Assembly: GCF_021869535.1 (NCBI RefSeq)
Contig: NW_026262637.1
Location: 2,604,001-2,668,000, forward strand
Length of the DNA: 64,000 bases
DNA from: Mytilus californianus
Lineage: Eukaryota
Direction of reading: 5' to 3'
Shown here: positions 37,480 through 50,910 of the stretch, piece by piece
How positions within the stretch are numbered: the first letter of the stretch is position 1
How the letters are laid out: each line of letters opens with the position of its first letter
The notes under the pieces: generated by a model
The model's input: only the letters and a program-made list of their open reading frames with translations
The model's database searches: none
Told to the model about the DNA's origin: nothing
Position numbers and translations under genes: made by a program

Positions 37480-38390
37480 CTCTGAAATTGACATTATCAA
37501 GCTTAAGATGCTTGATTGCTTGATTGACGACATATTGTTACGTTTAAAGGACTTGTTTTGACACCAGTTTTGACTGTCAGGATTCCAATGGGACAAAATT
37601 GTGCCCCGCTTCTTGCCGACTTGTTCCTACATTATTATGAGGCTGACCTCCTATGGGAACTTCTAAGGGAGAACTAATTCAAATTTTGTTGACTACGTTG
37701 AACGCATCTTTCTCATTGAACTAACGATAAAAGATTCAACAGTTAAGTCTACCACATATCTTGACTTACATCTAGAAATTGACAATGAGGGTCGGTTGAA
37801 AACTTTCCGACAAAAGAGATGATTTCAGCTTCCCAATTGATACGATATTACTGGGTTTGTATTTCCTATCAAGATTTCCTCGATAGAGTGTTGCTGCTCA
37901 CAAGGAAGCGTTAAAACCACGAGTTCCAAATGGTAAAGTTGAAATCATCACTTCGTAAATTTTACGGACGCCATCACGAATCGGTTGACCGTTCTGAATA
38001 AATAAAGGCAACAGTAGTTTACCGCTGTACCGCTGACATATCCGTTTCATAGATGGTATCAAGTATGTTCCTTATGTCATAACTACAATTCCCTTCCGTT
38101 TTCACGAATGTGACCTACCGAATAGGACTATTTTACGGTTTTGTATTAACATGAGCAACTAGACGGGTGCCATATGTGGAGCAAGATCTGCTTACTCTTC
38201 CGGAGCACCTGAGAGCACCCCCAGTTTTTGGTAGGGTTTGTGTTTTTTAGTTTTCTATGTTGTGTCTTGTGTACTATTATTTGTTTGTTTGTCAGTTTGT
38301 CGTTTTCTTTTTTAGCCATGGCTTTGTCAGTTCATTTTCGATCTATGAGTTTGGCTGTCCCTCTGGTATCTTTCGCCCCTCTTTTATCTG
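37480..38390 (+). mobile_element. Decayed Penelope-like retroelement, RT C-terminal half plus 3' tail
   Basis: IPMGQNCAPLLADLFLHYYEAD, YLDLHLEIDNEGRL, DKRDDFSFP and KFYGRHHE, with frameshifts. Confidence 0.85.
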
Positions 38391-38900
38391 ATATGGATAT
38401 GCGCGTCTGTACACGTTTCTATAGATTGAGCAAAATCTCTAAACGATTCACCAGGTGTCCTTCTTCTTAGTTTTACCTCTGCAAGGTAGCTTTCTTTCGT
38501 GTTTGAATGTCCAACCCGTAACTCCATCTCATTTACTAAACTCGTATTTGGGTATATGGAAACAATCCGTACAAGTATGTTTCTGACTATCCTCGTAAGA
38601 TTGTGAAGAGCACTAACCTTTTTTCTCTCTTCCGTCCACACATTAATTGTTGCAATGCTTTCAAAGTAACCTAAACAATCTGCTAGTTCATCATTGTTAT
38701 TGCCAATAAATGTTCTCTTTACTTGAACTTTGGATCAAATGACTTGAACATGGGATGATGAGTTCGCTGGTACGTTCTTCACATTGTCCATGAAATGTTG
38801 AATGTCCTGATTGAAGTTCAAATTGTGACATTCGGTATCTGTGTCTTCGTTTTGGTTGTCAAAGTGTTCCAAATGTCTATGAAAAACTTCAGAATTACCG
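38390..38900 (-). mobile_element. Gypsy/Ty3 gag remnant
   Basis: DELADCLGYFESIATINVWTEERK...SYLAEVKLRRRTPGESFRDFAQSIE resembles retrotransposon gag. Confidence 0.7.
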
Positions 38901-40124
38901 AAACTAGAACATGTAGAGATGCTATCACTTGAGTAGTAAGAAATAGTATTACATTTTCGTCATCCTACATACAATGCCATGAAAAGATAGTTTTATGGGA
39001 AACCATCCAGTCACAAGTCACAAACTTAAAATCAGCCAAATCTCTCTAAAAACTAATTTCTTTCATTTATGATCAAGTCTGTTTTCATTTGCAACAACTG
39101 GTTGTCTCTATTTTTTATTGGACATCGTCATACTGGAAGTAAATAAACTCATCATAAATACCAGGATTAAATTTTGTATTTACGCCAGACGCCAGTAAAT
39201 TGTATTCATTCTTCAAATTATTGCTACTGTCGAAACCACCAATCATCATGTTAGTTGTCGGCACCGTTGGCAATGTGGTTCCAGTGACCGTCTGGTGTGC
39301 GGTTCTGGAATCTTTAATTTTCCACCTTATTCCCAGCTACGAAGAGAAAAAAACTCCAACTACGGTTGGAAATTGTAAACTCTTTTGGATTTGCTTCCAG
39401 TTTAGAATGACTATGTCAGTAAAACGATTTTAATGCAAGATACAATTTGTATTATAAAGATATATACTGAGAACTGGTATTGCATCGTTTGTTGTTGAAA
39501 CTTATGCTGCAATCAGGGTGAGGTATACTACAAACGAAAGCCTAGCGGTCACAGTTTTGCCGATTCTTTAACCGCCGACTGGTACACCGAATGTAAATTT
39601 ATTCAACAGTGCTAATAATACATAAGAAACAATCAGATTTATGACGAAAAATTAAGGCTTCAAAATAGAAATTTGAAATTGCAATTCTGAGAATCATACG
39701 GATAGTTAATTAAATGTATGAGACAGATCGTTTCAAACAACTGGCATGGTAACCAATGAACAGTCCTGTTTTAGAATATTCGGCCTAAAATGTTTTCTGA
39801 ACCAAGCGATGTTAAATCTCGAATCTCATTTTCGACAGATACATCAGGTCTCCATATTTAATTCTGCGGAACATAAATGTGCCTAATTCCTCAATAAACT
39901 TCTAGTGACTATGTGAGTAGTTCCTCTGTCAATTGCATATCGAAGTATCTCGTAGTAAAGAATTAACCCTTGGGTTCGTTTAGCTCTACAAAGCCGGTAA
40001 GAGACGATGACATTTTGACATCGACAGGTTTGCGTTGATCCAGTTTTAAAACCAAAGTAGTATAATGTCATTTTAGTCGATACGGAAACGTAGTCGAGCA
40101 ATTTTATGTTGACATGAATTATCA

Positions 40125-40372
40125 TTGATATGGTCATAATTATAAATTAACTGTTTACAAAACTTTACATTTATAAAGTGCTTAGGTTTTTCCACATCAT
40201 GACTACCTTAACTGTATTTTGTAAACATTTTAGGAATGTTTGGTTCTCAATGCTCTTAAACTTTATACTTTATTAGGTTCGAGCGTAACTGATGAGTCTT
40301 TTGTAGGATAAACGCGCGAATGGCGTGAAATTAAAATTTCAATCCTGGTATCTATCATCAGTGTATTTGGCT
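40125..40372 (+). ncRNA. Repeat with a degenerate type I hammerhead ribozyme motif (retrozyme/PLE pLTR-like)
   Basis: gagcgtaaCTGATGAgtcttttgtaggaTAAAcgcgcg at ~40281-40318, with the GAAA core and stem II mutated. The downstream flank recurs inverted at 39141-39192. Confidence 0.55.
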
Positions 40373-40431
40373 ATTTGTAGGAAAATATAAAAACTATATT
40401 TTGAAGTTGAATTCTACACACTCAAGGATAA

Positions 40432-40605
40432 AAACAAGATTCGTACAGTGCAGGAAAATACTAATAAAATAATATGTGTATAAGTTAAATGCTTAATTTT
40501 AAGATTAAACAAGATTCATACAGTGCAGAAAAATATAAATAAAACAATATGTGTATAAGTTCAAATCTCAATTGTAAAATAAAACAATGCCTGTGCAGTG
40601 TAGGA
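40432..40605. repeat. ~75-bp tandem duplication (about 2.3 copies)
   Basis: aaacaagattc.tacagtgcag.aaaata...atatgtgtataagtt occurs twice. Confidence 0.75.
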
Positions 40606-41299
40606 GATCATCAAGTCATTTGTAGTCGATACAGAACAGGGGAAAAAAATTGGCTACGTTTTACGAATCTTTTTATATAATCGGGGTAAAATAAATTAAG
40701 AAATGAAATTGAAATTTTTATTACCAGATTTATAAGTGGTTAGATTGTATTTTTGTTGTGAAAACACAGAAATAATTATAGCAAACTCTAATGTAAATAC
40801 CACAATATGGAGGATTATCCTTGCCATAATCGTATTATTTTTCAACAATAACCATTTTCTCATAATTATTCATAAGGCTATACAATAAGCTATATCCCTT
40901 ATTCGACTAATATTCAATATCAACAATTTTATCAGCATGATTCAATTTCAAAAGCGTCATAGTGTGATTTGCAGTTTATATATCGGATTCCGGGGGCTTT
41001 TGAAATCTTATAGTATTCTATGTTTTGGTGAAGTGTTCAAAGCTATACAGTGCATTTTAAATGTTGTAGTTTAGCATTTGTAATTCACCAATACGCCTTT
41101 GACAAAGATTTCAACGTGTTTCAGTGAATAGACAAATGTCATCGTATTTTAAAGATCGATTGTTGTAAAATATACGTCTAGCAGTAGATATGTTATACAT
41201 CTTCAGGATGAAAAGACATTAACAATAAAACATGGACAATTTGAACGTCACTGATAAGTGATTTTTTTGGTTATGGACTGAAAAGCCTATCAACATATA

Positions 41300-41670
41300 T
41301 ATAACTGAGATAGCTGTATAATTTTATGAATATCCAATATGATTTGGAAAAGTTAAAAAAAAATTAAAGTTAACTATCTGAAATCAGTCAGAACTGAAAA
41401 TTATAGTTTTTTTTAATTAAAAAAAAATCCTTAAATTTGACAGCAATAAACCAACCTACCAAACAACCTTGCATTCTGTTAGAAAAATGTATAATTGAGA
41501 TAGCTGTAGAGTTTTATAAAATAATAAAAGGTGACTATCTGAATTTAATCAAAACTGAAAATTTTGGTGTTTTTTTACCTATTAATTAAATCTTTTTATT
41601 TGACAGCAATGAACCAATCTACCAAATAACCTGGAATTTTGTAGGAAAAATATACATTTAGCTGAGACTA
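41300..41670. repeat. ~190-bp tandem duplication
   Basis: tgagatagctgta ... tttgacagcaat.aaccaa.ctaccaaa.aacct starting at ~41302 and ~41492. Confidence 0.75.
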
Positions 41671-41689
41671 GATTTTAATGTCAAAACTG

Positions 41690-42097
41690 AGTCTACACAG
41701 GTTGAGACAGGTCAAGACAGGTCGAGACTGGTCAAGACAGGTCGAGACTGGTAAAGACAGGTCGGTATGGTCAAGACAGGTCGAGACTGGTCAAGATATG
41801 TCGAGACTGGTCGATACTTAGTCAAGACAGGTCGAGACAGGTCGAGACAGGTCGAGACTGAGTCAAGACAGATCGAGACTGGTCGAGACTGAGTCGAGAC
41901 TGGTCGAGCATTTTTCGAGACCATTTCAGACTACACCAATAATATCAAGTACTGAATCAGACTTATTAAGTAAAGTCGAGACTAGAGTTGAGTACAATTA
42001 AGTACAAATAAGTACTGTCTGGTCAAGAATAATATGTGTTCGGCCTTACTGGTCGAGCACAAAAATGGTCTTTCCAGACTCTGAGCAGTTTGCAGTG
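41690..42097. mobile_element. 10-bp tandem array (GGTCGAGACT/GGTCAAGACA) ending in a CACTG-type terminus; related to 690-1116
   Basis: More than 20 ten-mers at 41700-41930; ends tctttccagact...TTTGCAGTG. Confidence 0.6.
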
Positions 42098-45000
42098 ATA
42101 CTTGCTATTTGTCGCATAAAACATGAAAAAATGAAATTGGAAGGGGTATAACAAAAATTGCAATTTTTACACTGTCTTCAGTAGGATCTATATGTATAGA
42201 CAACGACAATCAAAGGACGATATGTAAGTGTTCGATTATTGAATGTTTTTTTTTCTTTGCATCAATTTCCTAATTGTTGCGTCTTCATACATCTTCTTTC
42301 ATTAAAAGTTAATAATGTTTTTAGCAAAAATTCCTTTTAATGACAGCATAACTTGGCCGTATAGTGTTAGGCGCAATGCATCTGAAATGTATTAAAAGAA
42401 AAGGAGGGGAAACTACCATAGGTCGAATCATCTTAGCTAAAAGATAAACAACAGTCCACATGCGACTATATAGAAAAAAAAAGATTGAACAACACGAATT
42501 TCATAATAAACTCGAATGTGTGAACTCGTGATACAAAAGGGTTGGCATGTTATGCTAAAAGGGTATACTATGACATAATCGGGATGATTTATATCATAAG
42601 CGGTTACCCTGCCAATGAGTGGCATATTGTATCAAGATTTCTTTCCTTACGCTATTTAAAAAAAAAAACATGTATCCAATATATCTGATGTGAACTCATT
42701 TAGGAAACATAAGTGTAAACTTATGACTTATAGTTCAAGTTTACATTCGAGCTGCGTCGGACATAAATCGACTATAAGATATTGATTAGTTTAGAACATT
42801 CGAATACGAGGTGAATTTTATAGGTTCTTCTAAAAACTCAAATTTCAAACGATTTAAAACCTTTCCGTAGAGATTTCTTAACCAAAAATAGATTACAAGC
42901 GGTGTATATATATTCATTTTTATAAGGTCGATTTCTATGAGACGCAGCTCAAAGTTTCTTACAGTTTGACAGACTATATATGTCCCTTGAACACAGTTAT
43001 TTTGTAATGCATTTCTTTCAAATAATATATGAAAGTTGAAAAAAATCCCACCTGCACTTTCTCATTATATATTTGCAGTGCAATGCACTAATGTTGGGAC
43101 AAATTATATGAAGACTATAAAAAACCTTCATCAGGTCTAACTCAAACTCTGGACAATTTTGTATTGAAGGGGTGTTCAGGCATACTAATTTATATCCTTT
43201 TCAACTGGTAAAAATCACCATTTTGCTTTAAAGTTCATGACCTGTTTTTTTTAGTGTAATTCATCCCCATACTTGCTAATTGAGGCATCAAACACGAACA
43301 AAAAAATGGAAGGGGTATAACAAAAATTGCAATTTCTAAACTGTCCACAGTAGGTTCTGTATTTATAGAGAACGAAAATAAAAGAACGATAACTGTGTTC
43401 CTGGACCATATATATGTAAGTTTTCTTTGCATTAATTTTCTAGTTGTTGAGTCTTCATACATCTTCGTTAATTGAAAGTTAAAAAATGTAAACAAAAATG
43501 CCTTTTCAAGACAGTATAACCAGGTCTGATAATGATAGACTACATGCATCTGAAAAGTATTACAAAAAAAAAGAGGGGAAACTACCATACGTCGAATCAT
43601 CATGACTAAAAAAATAAAACAACAGTTCACATGCGACAATCAAGAAAATTAAAGATCGAAAACGCGAATCTCACAATAACTCAGTTATGTGAACACGTGC
43701 TACACAAATGTTGTCATTTAATGCTACGCACGCCATTTTTTGTATTCAGGACGCTCGTGTTTTGACTCATTTAACACTAGAGCTTGCTTTTCGATGCGAG
43801 TGACGCTTGATTTCAGATTATGGTTGACGAAAAAGCAGATAACTCGAAATATCTATTTTCTATGCCGTTATTTTCTGTTATATTGGATTTATCTGTTTCT
43901 ATTTCCATCTGTATTTGATCAAAATCAATCTTGTTAAGACAGTACACCACTTGTTAGAATTGCTATCTTAATTTGTTAATAATAACCTATTTCTATCTTT
44001 TGTTTATTTCGTTATTTTGCGAGAAAAAAGTAGTTAATCTCCACAGATGATATGAGCACATGTTTTTTGTCAGTGTGTTATATCCAATGAGCCACCAGGC
44101 AAAGGGAAAATGGAACCTGACAGGGAATATGAACCTGTATCCCTTTTGAAGTCTGAATAACATTTATACTTCATTGGGATGTGCTAATTTCAACACTAAT
44201 TATCAATCTGATTATCTTTTTCACAGGTGAAGTGAGTTCATATCTTATTACAAGGCAAAAAAGGGGCAAGATTAGCCGAAATGTTTTTTTTTTCAATGAA
44301 CTATAAATCATTTGATGGATAAAATCGACACCTTTCAAATTTTAGATGTTTTTCTTAGATTATAGTGAACATATTAATCTTGGTATAAAAAGAAAAATTT
44401 TAAACTTGACTACTTAACTTTTTTTCATTTTCATTTTATTGGCGTTTACGGGATTTCAATTAGAAAAGTTGTCAATTCCTTTCTTAGCTAATATAAGAGT
44501 GATTGAGATACAAATATTCTGCTATTTCTAGTTAAAGAGTCCTCCATTATCAACGTTCTGGTGAAGTATTCGTGTACATTTATAATTATAATAAATATTG
44601 TACACAATGAGGGAATTTTCTTATTAAAAAACACAGTCAATATGTAAATGTAGGATATATCAAAATGTGTATGTTAACCTAAAGACAAAGCGTCTGCTGT
44701 TATAAATGCTACTTGCTATGTTTTATATGTATAATGCATTATCTCCTGAAACTGCTGAATAAGAATCAGTAAAAAAGCACAGAAAATATTATAAATTGCA
44801 TTTCTTTAACTGATGCCATTTGTCTAAGTCTGAAACTATATTACGTCCAATATAAAAAATAGGAATGAGGTGGTATTATCGCCAATGAGACAACTCTCCA
44901 CATAACACCCAATGACATAGAAGTTAACAACTTTAGGTCATTGTACAGTCTTCAACAATAAAAAAACTATTCCGCATATTAAGCTATAAAAGTCCTCACA

Positions 45001-48000
45001 GTTATAAAAGTAATATAATTCAAACAGTTAAACGAACGGTCTTATTTTTGTACCAAATTATAAACGAAAAACAAGCATGGATACAATTGTGAATTGAAAT
45101 GATTGACGTGTAAAAGAGACAGCAACTCTACCAAAAGGAGAAAACAGCCGAATTCCACCAATGCGAGAAAAACCCAAAATACAGGAAAAAAGTACAGCCG
45201 CTGAATTACAGGCTCTTAGCTGAGGAAAGGCACATGCATAATAAGATGTATAGTGAATATTTCAAAATTTCTTAGTTATGTAGGGACTTACAATTTTTTG
45301 GAAAATCTTAAATCCATCTACACTATTTCTTTTTTTCAATGAATACAAACCACATTTAATTCTTTCCAAATGTGTTCGTATTTCATGTTCCAAAATCAAA
45401 TTAGTTGTTTGTTGTTTGTGTGATATCCATTGTTGTAGTATAACACATTTTTTTGACTTCAATGTATTTCAACTGATTTATTTTAAATTCACCTATACGC
45501 ATGCCACAAATCAGCATAATACATTGTTTTTAAAGCATTTAAAGCTATCAGTCTGTATTGACGTCTTATTAATAATTATCACACAAATTTATAAAAAAAT
45601 CATTTTTCATAGATTTTCAATTATCACAATACAATGTTTTATTTGAAAATGTCCTTTGAAAATGTCTTGTATGTTAATCCCGACATAAACAAGTACACAG
45701 TACATTTATAAGTAAAATACGGAAATAACAGATTTTTTTTTAACAAAATTTACTTCTGGATACTATCTTATGATCATAAACAAGCTTTTGTCACCGTTTG
45801 TAGAAATCCAGGATTGTTTAAGAAAGTTATTAAAATTTCAAAAACTTTAACTAAAGAGTGAATATGTGTGGCTGCCATTGCCGCCGCCGCCGATGACGCT
45901 GACAGAATGTAGGATTGCTATGTCTCGCTTTTTCGACAAAAGTCGAAGGCTCGACAAAAGGAAACAAAATATAAAAATTCATATAAATCAGCCTAGTGTA
46001 TTAAGAAGACTTATATGCCTGATAATATACATGTATATGTATTAGATAAAATGTTATGTATTTACTGCTATGATTAGATGTTGATTACATTGACTAAATT
46101 CCATATACATGTATAAATATCGAAATAAGATGTGGTATAATTGCCAATGAGACAACTGACTCCACCAGAGACTAAAGAATGTAGAAGTTAACAACTATTG
46201 GTCAACATACGGCCTTCAATAAGTATTTTTACTACTATCACAGTTAAGGATTAAATTTTTTTTCAGTTATCCAGGATATTTTGCAAACACGTAAATGATT
46301 TATTGAAGTAAAATCTAAGGAAAGTAGGACCTGGATGTAAAATAATACCAACTTTAAGGTATGTATGTTGACGGTAACATTAAATCCTTGTTTCATATAA
46401 GGTAACATTAAAGATAATGAAGGGTTCTAGTTTATTGCTTCTATCCTAATACAACACCTAATCATGCTAATTATAGATATAAAAATATGAAGATGTGATA
46501 CGATTGCAATTTGGAAAACTCCACAAGATACTAAATGACACAGAAATTAACAGCTATAGGTCACAATTCTGCCTTCAAAAATGAGTAAAACCCATACTGC
46601 ATAGTCAGCTATAAATGGGCCAAAAATGAAAATTGTTAAACAATTCAATCGAGAAAACAAACTACATAATTTATGTCCAAAATAATGAACAAAACAAATA
46701 TGTAACACAGCAACAAACAATTTTAACCACTGAATTACAGGCACATACAGAGTATGGCGGGGTTAAACAGGTTGAAGGCGTATTGTCCTTATCCATCAAA
46801 TCTTTTGGTTAAATGAAAATTTTTAATCCATGGTGCCTGAAAAAATTGACGAGTTTATTGTAAACAAATCTGAAGCAAAATGTAAGTACAATGGTGGCAT
46901 TTCATACTTAAGATGCCTTAAGATTAAATGCAATTCCGGACTGCTTTATATGAAGAATTTCTTTAGCCTCTGTCTCCTGATTACCCCATATATGGATAAA
47001 ATGTAAATATCTTCTGACATCAACATTATATATATTATTTTGTGAATTTTAGTTTACATATTTTTAGTGAAATTTTTTTTTCTATTTGTAGACAAACTGT
47101 GCTTGTTAATTTAGAAATCAGCTAATGCAGAAGAACAGATTCTGTTGATCAGACAAACTTGGAAACACTTATTGACAAAAAATATATTTAGTAATACAAT
47201 TATGTTTAAAGAAAGAGATAGAGAGAGGGAGAGAGCCAGTTGTAAAGATTTATTCTTTCAAACCAGATATGTTGATTACATTTGAATTTCATGTGCCTAC
47301 AGTTCCCCCCTAAATGGTCTTAGTTAATACATGTACTAGGTGTTTAATGTAAGACTTTGATGTGACTTGTGAGAACAACCAGCTGCCATTGGTTTAAATC
47401 TATTTTTATGCCCTTTCAGTTGGGGGGGGGGGGGGCATATTGTTTTACTCCTGTCCTTACTTCCTACCGTCCTATTATGGTTATATAGATATAAGAAGAA
47501 GTGAAATTTGCGCCAATGAGACAACTCTCCATCCAAATCACAGCTATTCCAGATAACTACTCCTAGAGTTGGAATTCAAAGAAAGAAGTTTCACTTTTCT
47601 GGCTGTTTGAACATATATTGAAGGTGTGCATGTGGTACAGAGGATTTTGTTTTTTTTTATATATATAATAGCTCTTTTGGGAGATAGTTGAACTTAGTAA
47701 TTGTTTGAGTATTTACTTGCATGAGAGGTGCATAGTATTTCTGGATAACTCCTCCTACAGTGAACCATAGACTATTCAACCCATGCTCAGCTTTGTGTAT
47801 TTTAAAATAACACTTTGTATCTGTTTGGGCATCATTATAGTGTCTCCCAGTCACAATATCTCAAATATAGTCCTACATTGCCTTTGTTGTAATACAGTTA
47901 CTTAAAGAGTTGAGTGCAGAGGAATCGCATTGTCTAGTTTCAAATATGTTTCTTTGTGGGTGGTATCTATTTTAAACAAGACCCAGTATTTGATATCACT

Positions 48001-50387
48001 AAAACATAAGATGAGTTAACGTTAGAGTCGGTTAAAAAAGATTAAATCAGTGTGGAAAAAAAATATAGCAGCTTATTCATTTGAATTTTGTACAAATTCA
48101 TCTGCCAATCATGAATACATTTGGAAAGAGTAGTTATATTAAAAAGAAAAGTGACTATATGTATGGATACAAATCAGTAGACATATGTATACATGACCAT
48201 TAGCGAGGCTGTAATAAATATTGGATATATTTCGCTACATTATATTATACAAGTAAATTTTTTTGTAAAATGGATAAAAAAAAACTTTCATTTAAAGGAC
48301 CAACAAGGATAAGGAAAAGATTGCAAATTTAAAGCTGTATGAAAGTTTCATTTATATTTGTTGCTTGATTTTTTTGTAGAAGGTTAACTTAGTATTCAGC
48401 ATATAGTACAACATTCCAAACTTATAATTAGGCAGAACTGCAAGTGTATGTTATAATTGTAGGTACAATGTATCATCACAAACATGTCCCATTTAGATTT
48501 TATTGTTTTGTGAACTTTTCTTTCTCTTCATATTTGCTTTTATCATAAATCTTAAAATTTTAATTAACAAGTATTCTAAACATGGATATGTTTGTCTTTG
48601 GACATTAATGTATTTCTTGTTGATGTAAAAAAATCAACCGTTTTTAATAAATCTATTAATAAGTTTATACTTCATAATTTGACTTCCTGTTTTACCTGTA
48701 ATTGGTTATACACACACCTCAGTTTACCTTTAAATCTATTGTAGGTAAGGTGAACACAACAATGCTGTCATATGTTGGCTAATTTGATTGCTTATGTCAT
48801 AAAATCTTCTGAACTTTTGACATCAAGCTATTTTCCTTGTTTATGTTTGTTTTTATTTCTTGACATTATCCCAATTAGGTATCTTAACATTTTATTGTTG
48901 ATCAGAAACAATTATACTTAAAACTTGGCAAGGAATATTTTATTAAAATTTCAAGGTTAATAAAAGAAATGCAGGCTGTTAAAGTGGCATTAGCTGTCAA
49001 AGTCAAGATCACGGCTCAAATTCGTCATATTTGAATTATGATATATATGAACTAAAATGTATATCCAAATTATAAAGAGTCTTAAACTTGAATCTTAGTA
49101 AAATTGAGCTTTGGGCCTGTGGATTCAAAATCTTATTGTGAAGACTGAACGTGTTATTAATCGTAAACTGGTTGTTCTAGGGTAGAAACTGGATATCTAT
49201 TTGAATTATGATAGGAGTCAAATTGTGATGGTTTTCTGGCTTAAATATCTTGCAATTTTCTTTGTTAGAATAAAATATATAGTGCTATACTTTTACGACT
49301 TTTTGAGTTAGTTTGTTTTGTTGATTTTTTAGAGTATATCAAACTCAAATTTTATCTAAGAAAAAGTGTACTTTTTGTTGACATATATGAGAAGTAATTA
49401 TATATAGATTCATTCTGATTTAACCAAATTAGAAAATTATATCTTGAGATTTTTTTTATTAAACTCTGACACTGTTACAATAGAAAGGTCATAAATAACA
49501 GCATTATATAAACATGATGAAATAATATGTGATATCAATATCATAAAGGCATATAGAACAATAGATTAGTCCATATTCTATGCCACCTCAGAAAATACTA
49601 AATGAGTAGGTAACAATTTAGTATAACTTCACTTTTAATTGGTCAGTACGCACTTTTAAGGTGTTATATTAGTAAATCAAACATTAATAATTCACTTTCA
49701 AACATTAAGGATATTTGATAATCCAAAATTATAATTCCCCCCTTATTAATCATGTTAATGTCTTGTGTGAAAATTTGAAACTTTTTGCGCTTTTACTAAA
49801 TAAAAATCCATATCATAAGGCATTATAAATTAGAACGGTTGAGCTTGATGCAGTGTTTTATAAATTAATCTAATAATTTAATTTGATGCGCTTTTAACGC
49901 CCTCCGTAGAAATAAAATTATCAGAAAATATATCTTTAAAAAAATATTATAAAAAATTACCAATTTATTTCAAATAATTGTTTTATACCTTTTGTTGCAA
50001 TTTCTGAATTAAAATAAATATAGATTTACATGATTGACCAATTCTCCAGTTCACTTGTATGTTTCCCTTTGGAAAGATGAAATTATGTTGAAATAAGCAG
50101 TATCCGATAACGATAACCTTGACCATCTGTTTGAATATTTACAAAATGTTAACCTTGATATTAATTAAAATACATTTTCAATAATCCAGATAGTCATTTA
50201 ATTGATATGTGAGTAATTTTGGAATACTTGTACATGTATTAGTATGTTTTGTATTTCACTAAGATTGAATGTCGAAAGCCAGTTTTGTATAAGATTATAA
50301 TGCATTTTTGAACAGAAACACCTATGTGTAATTTTACATAAATAATTTGTTTGATAGATTTTATAAAATTATGTTAGTGAGCCTGAA

Positions 50388-50910
50388 GGTCATGTGATAT
50401 GTGATCTGTGGTGGGTCACATGACCAGTGATCCATGATGGGTCATGTGATCTGTGATGGGTCACATGACCAGTGATCAATGATAAGTCATGTGTTATGTG
50501 ATCTATGGTGGGTCACATGACCAGTGATCCATGATGGGTCATGTGTTATGTGATCTATGGTGGGTCACATGACCAGTGATCCATGATGGGTCATGTGATA
50601 TGTAATCTGTGGTGGGTCACATGACCAGTGATCCATGATGGGTCATGTGTTATGTGATCTATGGTGGGTCACATGACCTGTGATCCATGATGGTCATGTG
50701 ATATGTGATATATAGTGGGTCACATGACCAGTGATCCATGATGGTCATGTGATATGTGATCTATAGTGGGTCACATGACCAGTGATCCACGATGGGTCAT
50801 GTGTTATGTGATCTATTGTGGGTCACATGACCAGTGATCCATGATGGTCATGTGATATGTGATCTGTGGTGGTCACATGACCAGTGATCCATAATGGATC
50901 ATGTGATCAG
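50388..50910. repeat. 52-bp tandem repeat (about 10 copies) with internal inverted GGTCACATGACC / GGTCATGTG
   Basis: tcacatgacc at 50461, 50513, 50565 and onward. Confidence 0.95.

Noticed and set aside
43235-43639. 134-aa hydrophobic ORF as a membrane protein
   Set aside because: The paralogous block at 42.1-42.6 kb does not keep this frame, and no family motif was seen.
48000-50380. AT-rich stretch with TTAA-started Kolobok-like fragments and an AG|GTAAG motif near 48742
   Set aside because: No paired termini found and no supporting gene structure.
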